Shown here: one piece after another, positions 18,009-27,002 of the stretch
Position numbering within the stretch: position 1 is the first letter of the stretch
Layout of the letters: each line of letters starts with the position of its first letter
Source: an uncultured Oligoflexales bacterium
GTDB lineage: Bacteria; Bdellovibrionota_B; Oligoflexia; Oligoflexales; CAZZCU01
Assembly: GCA_964652825.1 (NCBI GenBank)
Contig: CAZZCU010000004.1
Coordinates: forward strand, 47,818 to 111,817
DNA length: 64,000 bases
Direction: 5' to 3'
Notes under the pieces: generated by a model
Databases searched by the model: none
Seen by the model: only the letters and a program-made list of their open reading frames with translations
What the model was told of the DNA's origin: nothing
Made by a program: the position numbers and the translations under genes

Positions 18009-19082
18009 ATGTTTTCGCGTCCTATGATCGCAATCGATATTGGTTCATCGTCCATTAAGGTCGTTGAACTCAGCGGCAGCGTTGCCAAACGCAAGCTTAC
18101 CGCCATGGGGTTGGAACTGATTCCTCCGGGCGCCATCATTGATGGTGCCATCCAGGAGGAAATGATTGTCGCCGAAGTTGCCCGCAATTTGTTGCAGCGG
18201 TTGAAGATCATCACTACCGGTCGTCGCGCATCGCTGTGCCTTGGTGGTAACGCCGTTATGGTTAAGCGCATCACTATTCAAGTTAGTAATGATATGGATA
18301 TCGACGAACAGATTGTGCATGAGGCGGAACAACATTTTCAAATGGATTTAGCCGAGCTGTATTACAAGCATCATATTCTCGCGCCGGCTCCAAACGCGCT
18401 TGGTCAACTGCCGGTTGTTCTTGTCGGCGCTAAGCGTGATGTCGTTGAGCAGCATATTGCTCTCGTGCGTTCGCTCGGTATGCGAACCGGCATCGTTGAT
18501 TGCGACGTGTTTTGCATGGCGAATATGTTTGAATATAATCATCCCCAAGTCGAAGCACTTACCGCGTTGGTCAATATCGGTGCGACCAAAACCGAAGTCG
18601 TGGTTACCAATAGCGCGGAGTTTCTGTTTACCCGCGAAATTCAACTGGGCGGCGACGAATACTCACGCCAAATCAGCGCGGCCTTAAACGTGGATTTTGA
18701 GAATGCCGAAACTTTTAAAGTCTCCGCCGGTCAGCCGGGTGGTTCGACTCCAGAAGAAGTTCAGCGTGTTATTGCCAGTGTTAATGATCAGTTGGTTGCT
18801 GAAATCAAATCAACTTTGGATTTTTATTTTCAAAGTGGCGAAGCACCGGGCGGCGCTACCGGCATCAATCATATGTTCTTGACCGGTGGCGGTAGCCGCA
18901 TTGTCGGTCTGGATGGTGCATTGGCGAGTACGCTTCAGGTGCATGTGCAACTTTTGAATCCGTTCTATCGCGTGGATGTGAATCCAAAACGATTTGATAT
19001 GGATTACGTACTACGACAGGGTCATTTGTATGGTGTCGCGGTTGGGCTGGGCCTAAGACGAATGGGCGATGAAGCAGCATGA
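18009..19082 (+). CDS. pilM: Type IV pilus assembly protein PilM (actin-like ATPase fold)
   Basis: MFSRPMIAIDIGSSSIKVVEL... is a typical PilM N-terminus. 357 aa. ATGA overlap with the next gene. The operon order is M-N-O-P-Q. Confidence 0.9.
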   Translation: MFSRPMIAIDIGSSSIKVVELSGSVAKRKLTAMGLELIPPGAIIDGAIQEEMIVAEVARNLLQRLKIITTGRRASLCLGGNAVMVKRITIQVSNDMDIDEQIVHEAEQHFQMDLAELYYKHHILAPAPNALGQLPVVLVGAKRDVVEQHIALVRSLGMRTGIVDCDVFCMANMFEYNHPQVEALTALVNIGATKTEVVVTNSAEFLFTREIQLGGDEYSRQISAALNVDFENAETFKVSAGQPGGSTPEEVQRVIASVNDQLVAEIKSTLDFYFQSGEAPGGATGINHMFLTGGGSRIVGLDGALASTLQVHVQLLNPFYRVDVNPKRFDMDYVLRQGHLYGVAVGLGLRRMGDEAA

Positions 19083-19894
19083 TTAAAGTCAATCTAACGC
19101 CGGATGAAGAACTAGCCAACCCGCTCTGGTGGTTGCCTGAGGCGGCTTGCGCAATTATTCTGTGCGTGGCGGCTTTTAGTGGTGTTTTCTATTATCTCGG
19201 GCAACTGAAACAGCAAATTGTCACCGCGCAGATTGAGTACGATGCATTGACTGCCAGTACTGCGCAGTTGCAGAACGATGTGAAAAAATACGATGAGATC
19301 CGCTCAGAAAGAGAAAAACTCGCAAGCAAAGTTGAAGGTTTGCGTGCAATCACCTTGTCTAAAGTCAAACGTTATCGGCCGCTTATTCTGCTCGAACATC
19401 TGCAGAATCTGAAACCCGAAGGTATGTGGTTCACTGATGTAGATATGCTGCGTGATTCCAGTGTCGATCTGCCGCCGGCTCCGGCGCCCGCGCCGCAGGC
19501 AACGGCAGCAAATAATCCTAATCCAACGCCAGCTACGCCGCCGCAGAGAAGACTAGAACGCGATGATGTTGCGATTGTCGGTGCGGCGTTTGATAACCTA
19601 TTGGTTGCGGAGTTTATGTCGACGCTCAAGACCACTCAGGCACAGGAAACCGATAGCAGAGACTTGCGAACGTTGGTTTACTTTGAGCGCGTGGAGTTGT
19701 CGCACACCGAAACCGAGGCCAATAACGCCAGCTTTGATGCCAATAATCTCCAAGCACGGACCGCCGCCATTTCCTATCCCGTTGTTAAGTTCAGTTTGCG
19801 ATTAAAGTATGGCGAGCGTTCGGAGAATTCTGGAAGTGCGATGAAATTATCGTTACGTCATCAAAACGACGCTGATCGCGTCGTTCGGAAGTAG
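19079..19894 (+). CDS. pilN: Type IV pilus assembly protein PilN (extended, with Pro/Ala-rich insert)
   Basis: MIKVNLTPDEE start, a single TM helix and a coiled coil are all typical of PilN. At 271 aa it is longer than the ~200 aa usual for PilN, owing to PPAPAPAPQATAANNPNPTPATPPQ. Confidence 0.8.
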   Translation: MIKVNLTPDEELANPLWWLPEAACAIILCVAAFSGVFYYLGQLKQQIVTAQIEYDALTASTAQLQNDVKKYDEIRSEREKLASKVEGLRAITLSKVKRYRPLILLEHLQNLKPEGMWFTDVDMLRDSSVDLPPAPAPAPQATAANNPNPTPATPPQRRLERDDVAIVGAAFDNLLVAEFMSTLKTTQAQETDSRDLRTLVYFERVELSHTETEANNASFDANNLQARTAAISYPVVKFSLRLKYGERSENSGSAMKLSLRHQNDADRVVRK

Positions 19895-19902
19895 GTGCGA
19901 TC

Positions 19903-20487
19903 ATGGATATGTACGAACTAAGAGAACGCTACAAGGCGATCCCGACGCTGGCACGTTGCGGTGTTGTTTCTTTAGTCGTGCTGTTGGCGCCTATTTATAT
20001 GTTGGTTGAAGAAAGCAGTGTGTTGGAAGCCCAGTTTGCCGAAAAACAGCAGCAGGAACAGGACGCACGTATTAAGTTTGAACATGCTAAAAACAAGAAG
20101 CGCGCGTTGCCGAACGAAGAACAAATGCTAACGTCCTATCAAGATAACTTGCGTCAGGCTCGTAAGATGCTGCCCGATGATTTTCAGATCGATGAAATTC
20201 TTCATGCCACCGCCACGCAGGCTCGGCATGCCGGTATTGATCTGGATCGCTTTGATCCTGACGACTCTATCGTTACCAACACGGATCAGGGTATTCGCAT
20301 GCAGCGGATCGGTTTGAAACTGGGTGGTTCTTTTCATCAGGTGGCTCAGTTTTTGGATCTGATGTTGCACTTGGATAAATTAATTCATTTCGAGCAACTT
20401 TCGCTTAAAGGTGCTGCTAATGATCGTGGCGGCAAGCGAAGTCTCGAAGTAACCACCGCCATGACGGTGTATGCCTCGTCTAATTAG
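19903..20487 (+). CDS. pilO: Type IV pilus assembly protein PilO
   Basis: 194 aa: N-terminal TM helix, coiled coil, then a ferredoxin-like core (...IGLKLGGSFHQVAQFLDLMLHLDKLIHFEQLSLKG). Position in the operon supports the call. Confidence 0.8.
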   Translation: MDMYELRERYKAIPTLARCGVVSLVVLLAPIYMLVEESSVLEAQFAEKQQQEQDARIKFEHAKNKKRALPNEEQMLTSYQDNLRQARKMLPDDFQIDEILHATATQARHAGIDLDRFDPDDSIVTNTDQGIRMQRIGLKLGGSFHQVAQFLDLMLHLDKLIHFEQLSLKGAANDRGGKRSLEVTTAMTVYASSN

Positions 20488-20508
20488 GAACAAATATAGG
20501 GCGATGAT

Positions 20509-21420
20509 TTGAAGTATTGTGATAGCAAAAATTCAATGCATAACCGCTACCTGCGCTTGGTATGCTTAAGTTTATTGCTCGGCATCTTTGGTTTCGCCGG
20601 TGCTGGGCAATCCTCGGAAGAAAACGTGGTTGGTGTGCCGGTCATCGATGATCTTAACGAAGAATCGATGCGTGACTTATGGGAAAGCACGGGGGGTGTT
20701 CGACCCGACGGCGAGGATTTAACCTCTCTTGCCGGTGCCGAAGAGATTTTGAATCCGCCCAATGAGTATCATTATGCGGCCTTTGGTAAACCAGATCCGT
20801 TTGTGAAACCATTTGCACCACCTGTGCGCACGCGCGATACGAATCACGATCGTGACGGTGGTGATGCCATCGGCAAAAATAAAGAAGGTTATGAGATTCC
20901 GTTGGTCAGTGCTTTGCAAGTCAGTCTGCATTTGTTGCAAATTAAAGGTATCTGGGAAATTGGCGGTGGCGAACGCAAGGCTTTGATCGCGGTGGTTGGT
21001 GAAAAGGGCAATACCGCCATGCAGGGCCTGATCGCAAAAGTCGGTGACCCCATAGGTCTTGCTGGCAAGATTATCAAAATCGAGAAGAATTCCGTTGTCA
21101 CGCGTCAGTATCGCTTGCGCGAAGACGGTTCACGAGAGTTTGAAGATGTGGTTTTGACTTTGGGAACCTCGATTCCCAATCGATCGGCTCCGGAAGCAAT
21201 GCGTAAAGGCCGAGTTATTCTCAGTCCGGGTAAGGAGCCACAACTTCAATACGATAATTTGCCGTTGATGCCCGCATCGGCGGCGGTGCCGGCGCCCGGC
21301 GAATTACAAAATCAACAAGCGCCATTAAACACGAAAACGCCGCAAACGAATATGCCGTTATCAGGTGCCGTCCAACCCGTGACGTCGGAGTCGACGCCCA
21401 TTGATTCGGTGAAGAGGTGA
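20509..21420 (+). CDS. pilP: Type IV pilus assembly protein PilP-like (extended)
   Basis: Signal peptide present. KPDPFVKPF motif and beta-sandwich core LQIKGIWEIGGGERKALIAVVGEKGNTAMQGLIAKVGDPIG..GKIIKIEKNSVV. 303 aa, with a Pro/Gln-rich tail. The start is uncertain (TTG 20509 or ATG 20536). Confidence 0.7.
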   Translation: MKYCDSKNSMHNRYLRLVCLSLLLGIFGFAGAGQSSEENVVGVPVIDDLNEESMRDLWESTGGVRPDGEDLTSLAGAEEILNPPNEYHYAAFGKPDPFVKPFAPPVRTRDTNHDRDGGDAIGKNKEGYEIPLVSALQVSLHLLQIKGIWEIGGGERKALIAVVGEKGNTAMQGLIAKVGDPIGLAGKIIKIEKNSVVTRQYRLREDGSREFEDVVLTLGTSIPNRSAPEAMRKGRVILSPGKEPQLQYDNLPLMPASAAVPAPGELQNQQAPLNTKTPQTNMPLSGAVQPVTSESTPIDSVKR

Positions 21421-24113
21421 GTATGAGTTATCGTCTGATCATGCGTTTAACCACTGGTATTGTGCTTCTGGCAATGATGCTCAGCGCTTGTTCGTCATCG
21501 CAACAGCAGCAGGAAGAAATCGAGTTTGCTGACGAAAATGACAACCAAGAGAACGAAGAAATCAACAATTACCACACCAATAGTCAGGCGGTTGCTGACA
21601 ACGGCTATGATGAAGGGGTGAACATCGCCGAGGAGAACTCGCCGGTCAATAATGATCTGCAGGATCTCGAAGCCAGTTTGCTTGATCCCGAGCCGGCAAT
21701 AGAATCAGTGCCGGTGCAGTCGGCGGTTGCCGAGTTGGTGCCGGAGAACATTGCACCCACGGTCGAAAATATCGCCGTCGATAATGCTTTGGCGGTGGAG
21801 AATGCCGCACAATCAGCAGCACCTGCCGAGACCGTGACCGCGCCAAAGGTGCAGGAACTTTATCCGGCGAATGCGACGCTGACCTGGGTCGGCTATGAGT
21901 ATGATACTGCTGCTTCGCAGGTTCGTGTACAAATGGTGACTAAAGGCAAACCTCAGTTCACCATCTTCCAGGAAATGAATAAGGCCCAACAGCCGGAATT
22001 GGTCGTGCGTTTTTACGAGACGGCGATTCGTCGCCGTATGCGTCGTGATATCGATGCAAGTGAGTTTCGCTCGCCAGTGGCATATGTACGGATGCGAGAC
22101 TTTAACGAAACGCAGGATGTCGATGTTGTTTTGACTTTGCGGGACGCTGTACAGCCGCGCATGGTGACCAAGGATGGCAGCGTGATGCTGACCTTTGTCA
22201 TCCCGGAGCGTTACAACGGACCAAAACCTATACCCGGACAACCGATTGCACGTGCCGAGAATCTGGCTATGGCCAACGTTATGCCGTTGATCGAAGCCGG
22301 CAGTGATCAATTAGTGCAAAAACGTCCAAGTGTTTATAATCCGAATCCCGCGGCGCGTGTATTTCGCGATGCTCCCGCCGACGGTGGTGGCATATTGCCA
22401 GCTATGGATACCAATCCTCCCGAGGCGATGCTTCCCGAAGCTTTACCCGATCTGCCCAGTGATGAGATTCCTGAAGTCATGCCAATGGAAGGCGTGATGC
22501 GTTCGTTACCGCATGGCATCAAAGTCGTTGGTACGTTCGGCTTCTTGCAGGTGGCTCAGGATGTCGGGGTTGACGCCGCACCCACGGAATACGTTGGTCA
22601 GGATAGCGCCGATCCCACGCAGGTATTTAACGGTAAGCGCATCAGTCTGGACTTTGAAGGTACACCGCTGGCTTTTGTGTTGAAAGCATTAGCCGATGGC
22701 AGCGAGATGAATTTCCTTATCGATCCGGCCGCGAGCAGTACCCTGGTTTCCATGAAACTCACGGATGTTCCCTGGGATCAGGCATTGAAAGCAATCCTGG
22801 AAACTTATGCATTGGGCATGGCGCAAGTCGGCGACAATGTTATCCGCGTGTCGCGTCTTGAGCAAATGAATGAGTATCTTGGTCATACGCGCAGCGCGCG
22901 CCGCATCAAGTCACAGGCGACACCGACGTCGATTTTAATCCTGCGTCTGAATTACGCCCTGACTACCGAAATGCAGCCGCATATTCAGCGCTTACTGCAG
23001 GCCGAAGGCGATGATCGTTTTTCGGTGAATAGCGATGCACGTACCAATTCATTGATCGTTGAGGCGACGCCGCATGTTTTGGGTCGCGTTAAGACCATGA
23101 TTGAACGGCTGGATTATCGCACGCCGCAGGTCGAAATTGTCGCGCGTATTGTCGAGGTATCGAAGAATCTTGGTAACTTCATGGGCGTCGCCTGGGGTAC
23201 CGGTTTTAATTACGATCAGGGGCGGGGTTTAGGTTTTGGGTCGTTACCATATCCTAATGCTTTAGGTTCAACGTTTTCTGTAGATCCTGGCGTATCGGCG
23301 TCACCCAAAGTCGGTAATACCAGCATCCAAATCGGCAGTATTAACGGCTTATTTGATATCGATATGTTGCTACGTATTGAGGAACAAAAGGGTGTTGCGG
23401 AAATTTTGCAGTCCACAAAAAATATCGTTCTGGATCGCCAGCGCGCCAACATCGCCGGCGGTAGCCGCGATGTATTTATCCCATCGGCGTCACCCGTGCA
23501 GATCACGCCAGCCAATGCTGCCGGCGGTGGTGGCACTGGATCGCAGGCAATCACGGTCGAAAACATGCTGACCACGCAGGTGACACCGATGGTTCTTGCC
23601 GACGGCAATATCCAATTGGCGCTTGATATCTCTAGTCAGTTGCCGACCCCAATTACACCCGGGTCCTCGGCTGCCGCCTCACAAGCATCGCGAACGATGA
23701 ATACGAATTTGATTGTTAAATCCGGCTCGACCGTGGTGATCGGTGGTATTCATTCGGCAACTAAAAATGAAGGCATGCAGGGGATACCGGTGCTGATGGA
23801 TCTGCCAATTATCGGTGTGCTTTTCCGTGCTAAAACCCGCGCTGAATCGCAAACCGAGATGCTGGCGATGATCACGCCGACAATTTTGACGCCGTCAGCG
23901 ACATCATCGGGCTCCGATACCGCCGGCGCTGCCTCTGCGTCGTCTTTGCTGAACAGCGCGCCGAGTAATGAGATGCCGCTGCAGAATGCCGGACAAGGAA
24001 CGAGTAATTTCAACAATCAAGGCAACAACAGCGTCAATGAGTGGAACAACGGCGGACAAGCTAACAATAGCCAGGGCATTGGTAACAACGAGAACGATAC
24101 CGAAGCCATGTAA
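21417..24113 (+). CDS. pilQ: Type IV pilus secretin PilQ
   Basis: AMIN-like region (VRVQMVTKGKPQFTIF...VVRFYETA), secretin N-domains, and the C-terminal secretin signature VVIGGIHSATKNEGMQGIPVLMDLPIIGVLFRAKTRAESQTEMLAMITPTIL. It overlaps the pilP stop. Confidence 0.9.
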   Translation: MSMSYRLIMRLTTGIVLLAMMLSACSSSQQQQEEIEFADENDNQENEEINNYHTNSQAVADNGYDEGVNIAEENSPVNNDLQDLEASLLDPEPAIESVPVQSAVAELVPENIAPTVENIAVDNALAVENAAQSAAPAETVTAPKVQELYPANATLTWVGYEYDTAASQVRVQMVTKGKPQFTIFQEMNKAQQPELVVRFYETAIRRRMRRDIDASEFRSPVAYVRMRDFNETQDVDVVLTLRDAVQPRMVTKDGSVMLTFVIPERYNGPKPIPGQPIARAENLAMANVMPLIEAGSDQLVQKRPSVYNPNPAARVFRDAPADGGGILPAMDTNPPEAMLPEALPDLPSDEIPEVMPMEGVMRSLPHGIKVVGTFGFLQVAQDVGVDAAPTEYVGQDSADPTQVFNGKRISLDFEGTPLAFVLKALADGSEMNFLIDPAASSTLVSMKLTDVPWDQALKAILETYALGMAQVGDNVIRVSRLEQMNEYLGHTRSARRIKSQATPTSILILRLNYALTTEMQPHIQRLLQAEGDDRFSVNSDARTNSLIVEATPHVLGRVKTMIERLDYRTPQVEIVARIVEVSKNLGNFMGVAWGTGFNYDQGRGLGFGSLPYPNALGSTFSVDPGVSASPKVGNTSIQIGSINGLFDIDMLLRIEEQKGVAEILQSTKNIVLDRQRANIAGGSRDVFIPSASPVQITPANAAGGGGTGSQAITVENMLTTQVTPMVLADGNIQLALDISSQLPTPITPGSSAAASQASRTMNTNLIVKSGSTVVIGGIHSATKNEGMQGIPVLMDLPIIGVLFRAKTRAESQTEMLAMITPTILTPSATSSGSDTAGAASASSLLNSAPSNEMPLQNAGQGTSNFNNQGNNSVNEWNNGGQANNSQGIGNNENDTEAM

Positions 24114-24164
24114 TGCAATAGACGTGGCGATGTAATGCGCGCCACAGCTACCACGAGGTCGAGT

Positions 24165-24725
24165 ATGATTACATTTAAAAACCGCAACCTTAGCTTAGCG
24201 ATGGTAAGCGCGATGATGTTTATCGCCTGCGCCGCTGAACCTGAGGGTGACCCGGGACTTGGTAGTTTGGATTGTAGTGGCGCCAAGCTGGCCGCGCCGG
24301 AGTTTATCATTGAACCGGTCGCCACACCGGACTCGACCGAATGCGCGCAGATTGGTTTTTCCGGGGGCGTTGCGCGGCCGAAAATCTCGGTTACACTCCG
24401 GTTTCGTGTTTACGCCAATAAAAAGGATGTCTCCGGCCAAGACACCAAGTTCTTTAAAGCCGCGATCAGTTTTAATCCCATTGTTGGCGGGAATTTCGAT
24501 CAAGAAGAAACCAACGAAGAAAATCGTGATGATGCCAAGTATAGCGGTATTCGCACGCCGAAATCGGAGTGGTGTACGGATTCTTACGGTGTCGGCTCTA
24601 TAGAAGTTGTTCCAGTCTGTCAGCAAGCCTCCGATAATAATATGTCGATTCAGATTCAGTCCGGAGCGAATTTTTCCGAAGTCGTGACCTTTTCCTTCAA
24701 GAAACCCGTCGAAGAGGAAGGCTGA
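24165..24725 (+). CDS. Small lipoprotein of unknown function, directly downstream of pilQ
   Basis: MITFKNRNLSLAMVSAMMFIAC lipobox. GAGG lies 6 nt before ATG 24165 (the track's alternative is 24135). Same strand as pilQ, with its chosen ATG 24165 lying 51 nt past the pilQ end (21 nt if the track's ATG 24135 is used). Confidence 0.6.
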   Translation: MITFKNRNLSLAMVSAMMFIACAAEPEGDPGLGSLDCSGAKLAAPEFIIEPVATPDSTECAQIGFSGGVARPKISVTLRFRVYANKKDVSGQDTKFFKAAISFNPIVGGNFDQEETNEENRDDAKYSGIRTPKSEWCTDSYGVGSIEVVPVCQQASDNNMSIQIQSGANFSEVVTFSFKKPVEEEG

Positions 24726-24781
24726 TCAGGTTCGACACCTTAGAGCTGGCCTCGCGCACGCCCCTTTGCTATAAAAGTCGT

Positions 24782-25762
24782 ATGCAAGATCAATGGGTTG
24801 TTATTTTAAATAAATTGCCGCTATCACGGACCGAAAAAGCCGTGGTGAAGCGCTTTGAGGCTGACCCCGCTGGCCGGGCGTTTCTGCCGGTTTCTGATAT
24901 TCTTCGTTCGCATCGCAAGCATGAAGAAAGCCTTGAATTGCTGATGCAAGGCGTTCAGCGTCATCCACAATTCACCGTCGCGCGCGTGGTGCTGGCGCGT
25001 GAGCTCTATAATAAAGGCATGGTTACAGAGGCCTGGCAATTTCTCGAATCATCGCCGGTCTCCCTGCACGAAAATGTTCTGGCACAAAAACTCCGTCTCA
25101 AACTGGCCTTGTTGCAAGGTTTTGATGAATTTCTGCAGGCGACTTATCGGCATATGCAGGTTTATCAGATGCTCGATGCAGATACCAAGGAACTGATGAT
25201 AACTTACGAGGTGTCCGGTCCGCAGGTCGCGCGCGATCAGTTGATCAAGGAACTGCGCCAGCGTGGGATTGAAGTACATATTCCTGTTCATCAACCGATG
25301 CGGCCAGTGGATGATCGAAGTTCCAGCCATGGTCTGCCGGGCGGCAAACCGGCTTTTGCTCCGGTTAATCTGCAGCAGACCGATACCTTACTCAGGCCGC
25401 AAACGCACGAAGCGTTTCACGTTGTTCCATTGGCCGAGGTGTTTCAGCCCGGTGATAGTGCGGCACTTGCTCCCAGCGTTGCCAGTAGCAGTAGCGTTGA
25501 ACTTGATTCGACGACACTCGGTGAAATCTACGTTAAGCAAGGACATTACGCAAAAGCCCTGGCAATATACAAACGCCTTTTGCATCTGGCGCCTAATAAC
25601 GAGTTGTTGAAGCGACGCGTGATCGAGCTGGCGCGTCTCGAACGCGAACAGCGGGATACGGACATGACGATTGATCCGAGCATGGTTGATTCCATGGAGA
25701 CTGTGGAATTACTCGATCGCCAGATGCGTTTTTATAATCGTATTCTTGATCGCCTCACCTAG
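24782..25762 (+). CDS. TPR-repeat protein, apparently cytoplasmic
   Basis: TPR-like helices at both ends (..LGEIYVKQGHYAKALAIYKRLLHLAPNNELLKRRVIELA..). No signal peptide. Confidence 0.6.
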   Translation: MQDQWVVILNKLPLSRTEKAVVKRFEADPAGRAFLPVSDILRSHRKHEESLELLMQGVQRHPQFTVARVVLARELYNKGMVTEAWQFLESSPVSLHENVLAQKLRLKLALLQGFDEFLQATYRHMQVYQMLDADTKELMITYEVSGPQVARDQLIKELRQRGIEVHIPVHQPMRPVDDRSSSHGLPGGKPAFAPVNLQQTDTLLRPQTHEAFHVVPLAEVFQPGDSAALAPSVASSSSVELDSTTLGEIYVKQGHYAKALAIYKRLLHLAPNNELLKRRVIELARLEREQRDTDMTIDPSMVDSMETVELLDRQMRFYNRILDRLT

Positions 25763-25770
25763 GTATCGTC

Positions 25771-26274
25771 ATGGCCGCTGCCAAATCAACATCCGGCTCC
25801 GCGAAATCCGGCAATCGCCCGCTGAAGATTCTGATCGCGCACGGCGTGAATCTAGACTTGCTTGGCACACGCGAGCCGGATATTTATGGCTCGGCGACTG
25901 CCGATGATATCAATACGCTGTTGCAGCAAAAATTATCGGAGCTTTGTCAACTCGCCGGCGAGACCCGCCCAGTGGAATTACATTTTTTTCAAAGCAATGA
26001 TGAAGCAGCGTTCTTGCAGAAATTGTCTGATGGCTGGCAGGGCTGCGTGATCAATGCTGGTGCTTGGACGCATACATCGCTGGCTATTGCTGATCGTCTG
26101 CGCGGCTTGCAGTTACCATACGTCGAAGTTCATCTATCGAATTTGGCGCGGCGTGAACCGTTTCGTCATCGTTCGTATTTGGCGGCGCATGCGCTTGGCA
26201 CTGTGCATGGTCTTGGTGCTGACAGCTATATCAGCGGCTTATATGGTTTGCTGCGGTTTTTGGTACAGCGCTAA
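25771..26274 (+). CDS. aroQ: 3-dehydroquinate dehydratase, type II
   Basis: ILIAHGVNLDLLGTREPDIYG, INAGAWTHTSLAIADRL and EVHLSNLARREPFRHRSY are the type II DHQase signatures. Confidence 0.9.
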   Translation: MAAAKSTSGSAKSGNRPLKILIAHGVNLDLLGTREPDIYGSATADDINTLLQQKLSELCQLAGETRPVELHFFQSNDEAAFLQKLSDGWQGCVINAGAWTHTSLAIADRLRGLQLPYVEVHLSNLARREPFRHRSYLAAHALGTVHGLGADSYISGLYGLLRFLVQR

Positions 26275-26996
26275 TGTCAGCCGTCGGCTCCTCCAGTCGA
26301 GATTTTATCGCCGATGTTTGCTGGCTGACTGATACAACACAGGTAAGATTTCCCACCGACCGCATCGTGTCGGCTTTTTTGCCACAAGATCAAACTCCAC
26401 CGGCGAACACACATTTTGCCAATCAGGTTCATGGTACCGACGTCGTCTTGTTGTCGCCGGCAACCGCGCCGCATGCCGCGCAGCGCTCGGCAGCGGATGC
26501 TCTTATCGCCACGGCGCCTGGACAAACTGTTGCCGTGAAAACCGCCGATTGTTTACCGTTGTTAATCGCCGATCAGGATACGCGTGCGGTTGCCGTTGTG
26601 CATGCTGGTTGGCGCGGGTTATTTGCCGGTGTTCTGCAGAACACGATCGGGAGTCTCGAAGGGATGGGCTGCCAACGCTCGCGACTATCGATCGTCATCG
26701 GTCCAAGCATTGGTCCAGCGCGTTTTGAAGTAGGGCCGGAGGTTGTTAGCGCGCTAACTCAGGCTTTGGATAAGGCCGGCGAGGCGACCATCAATTTATG
26801 TTTGTATAAGGGGCGCGCTGATCGCTGGCATATCGATTTGCAGATGGCGGCGTGCTTATTGTTACGCGAGCAGCAAATCCCTGCCGACCAGATACAAGTC
26901 GTTCGCATCTGTACCTATGATAACGACGCCTTCGCCAGCTATCGTCGCAGCAGCGCAAATACCGGCCGCAACTGGTCCTACATCGGTATTCGTTAA
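26274..26996 (+). CDS. pgeF: YfiH/PgeF (LACC1-family) purine nucleoside enzyme / peptidoglycan editing factor
   Basis: QVHGTDVV, VKTADCLPLLI and AVVHAGWRG are the conserved His/Cys/His cluster of the DUF152/YfiH family. Confidence 0.85.
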   Translation: MSAVGSSSRDFIADVCWLTDTTQVRFPTDRIVSAFLPQDQTPPANTHFANQVHGTDVVLLSPATAPHAAQRSAADALIATAPGQTVAVKTADCLPLLIADQDTRAVAVVHAGWRGLFAGVLQNTIGSLEGMGCQRSRLSIVIGPSIGPARFEVGPEVVSALTQALDKAGEATINLCLYKGRADRWHIDLQMAACLLLREQQIPADQIQVVRICTYDNDAFASYRRSSANTGRNWSYIGIR

Positions 26997-27002
26997 TTAC
27001 AT

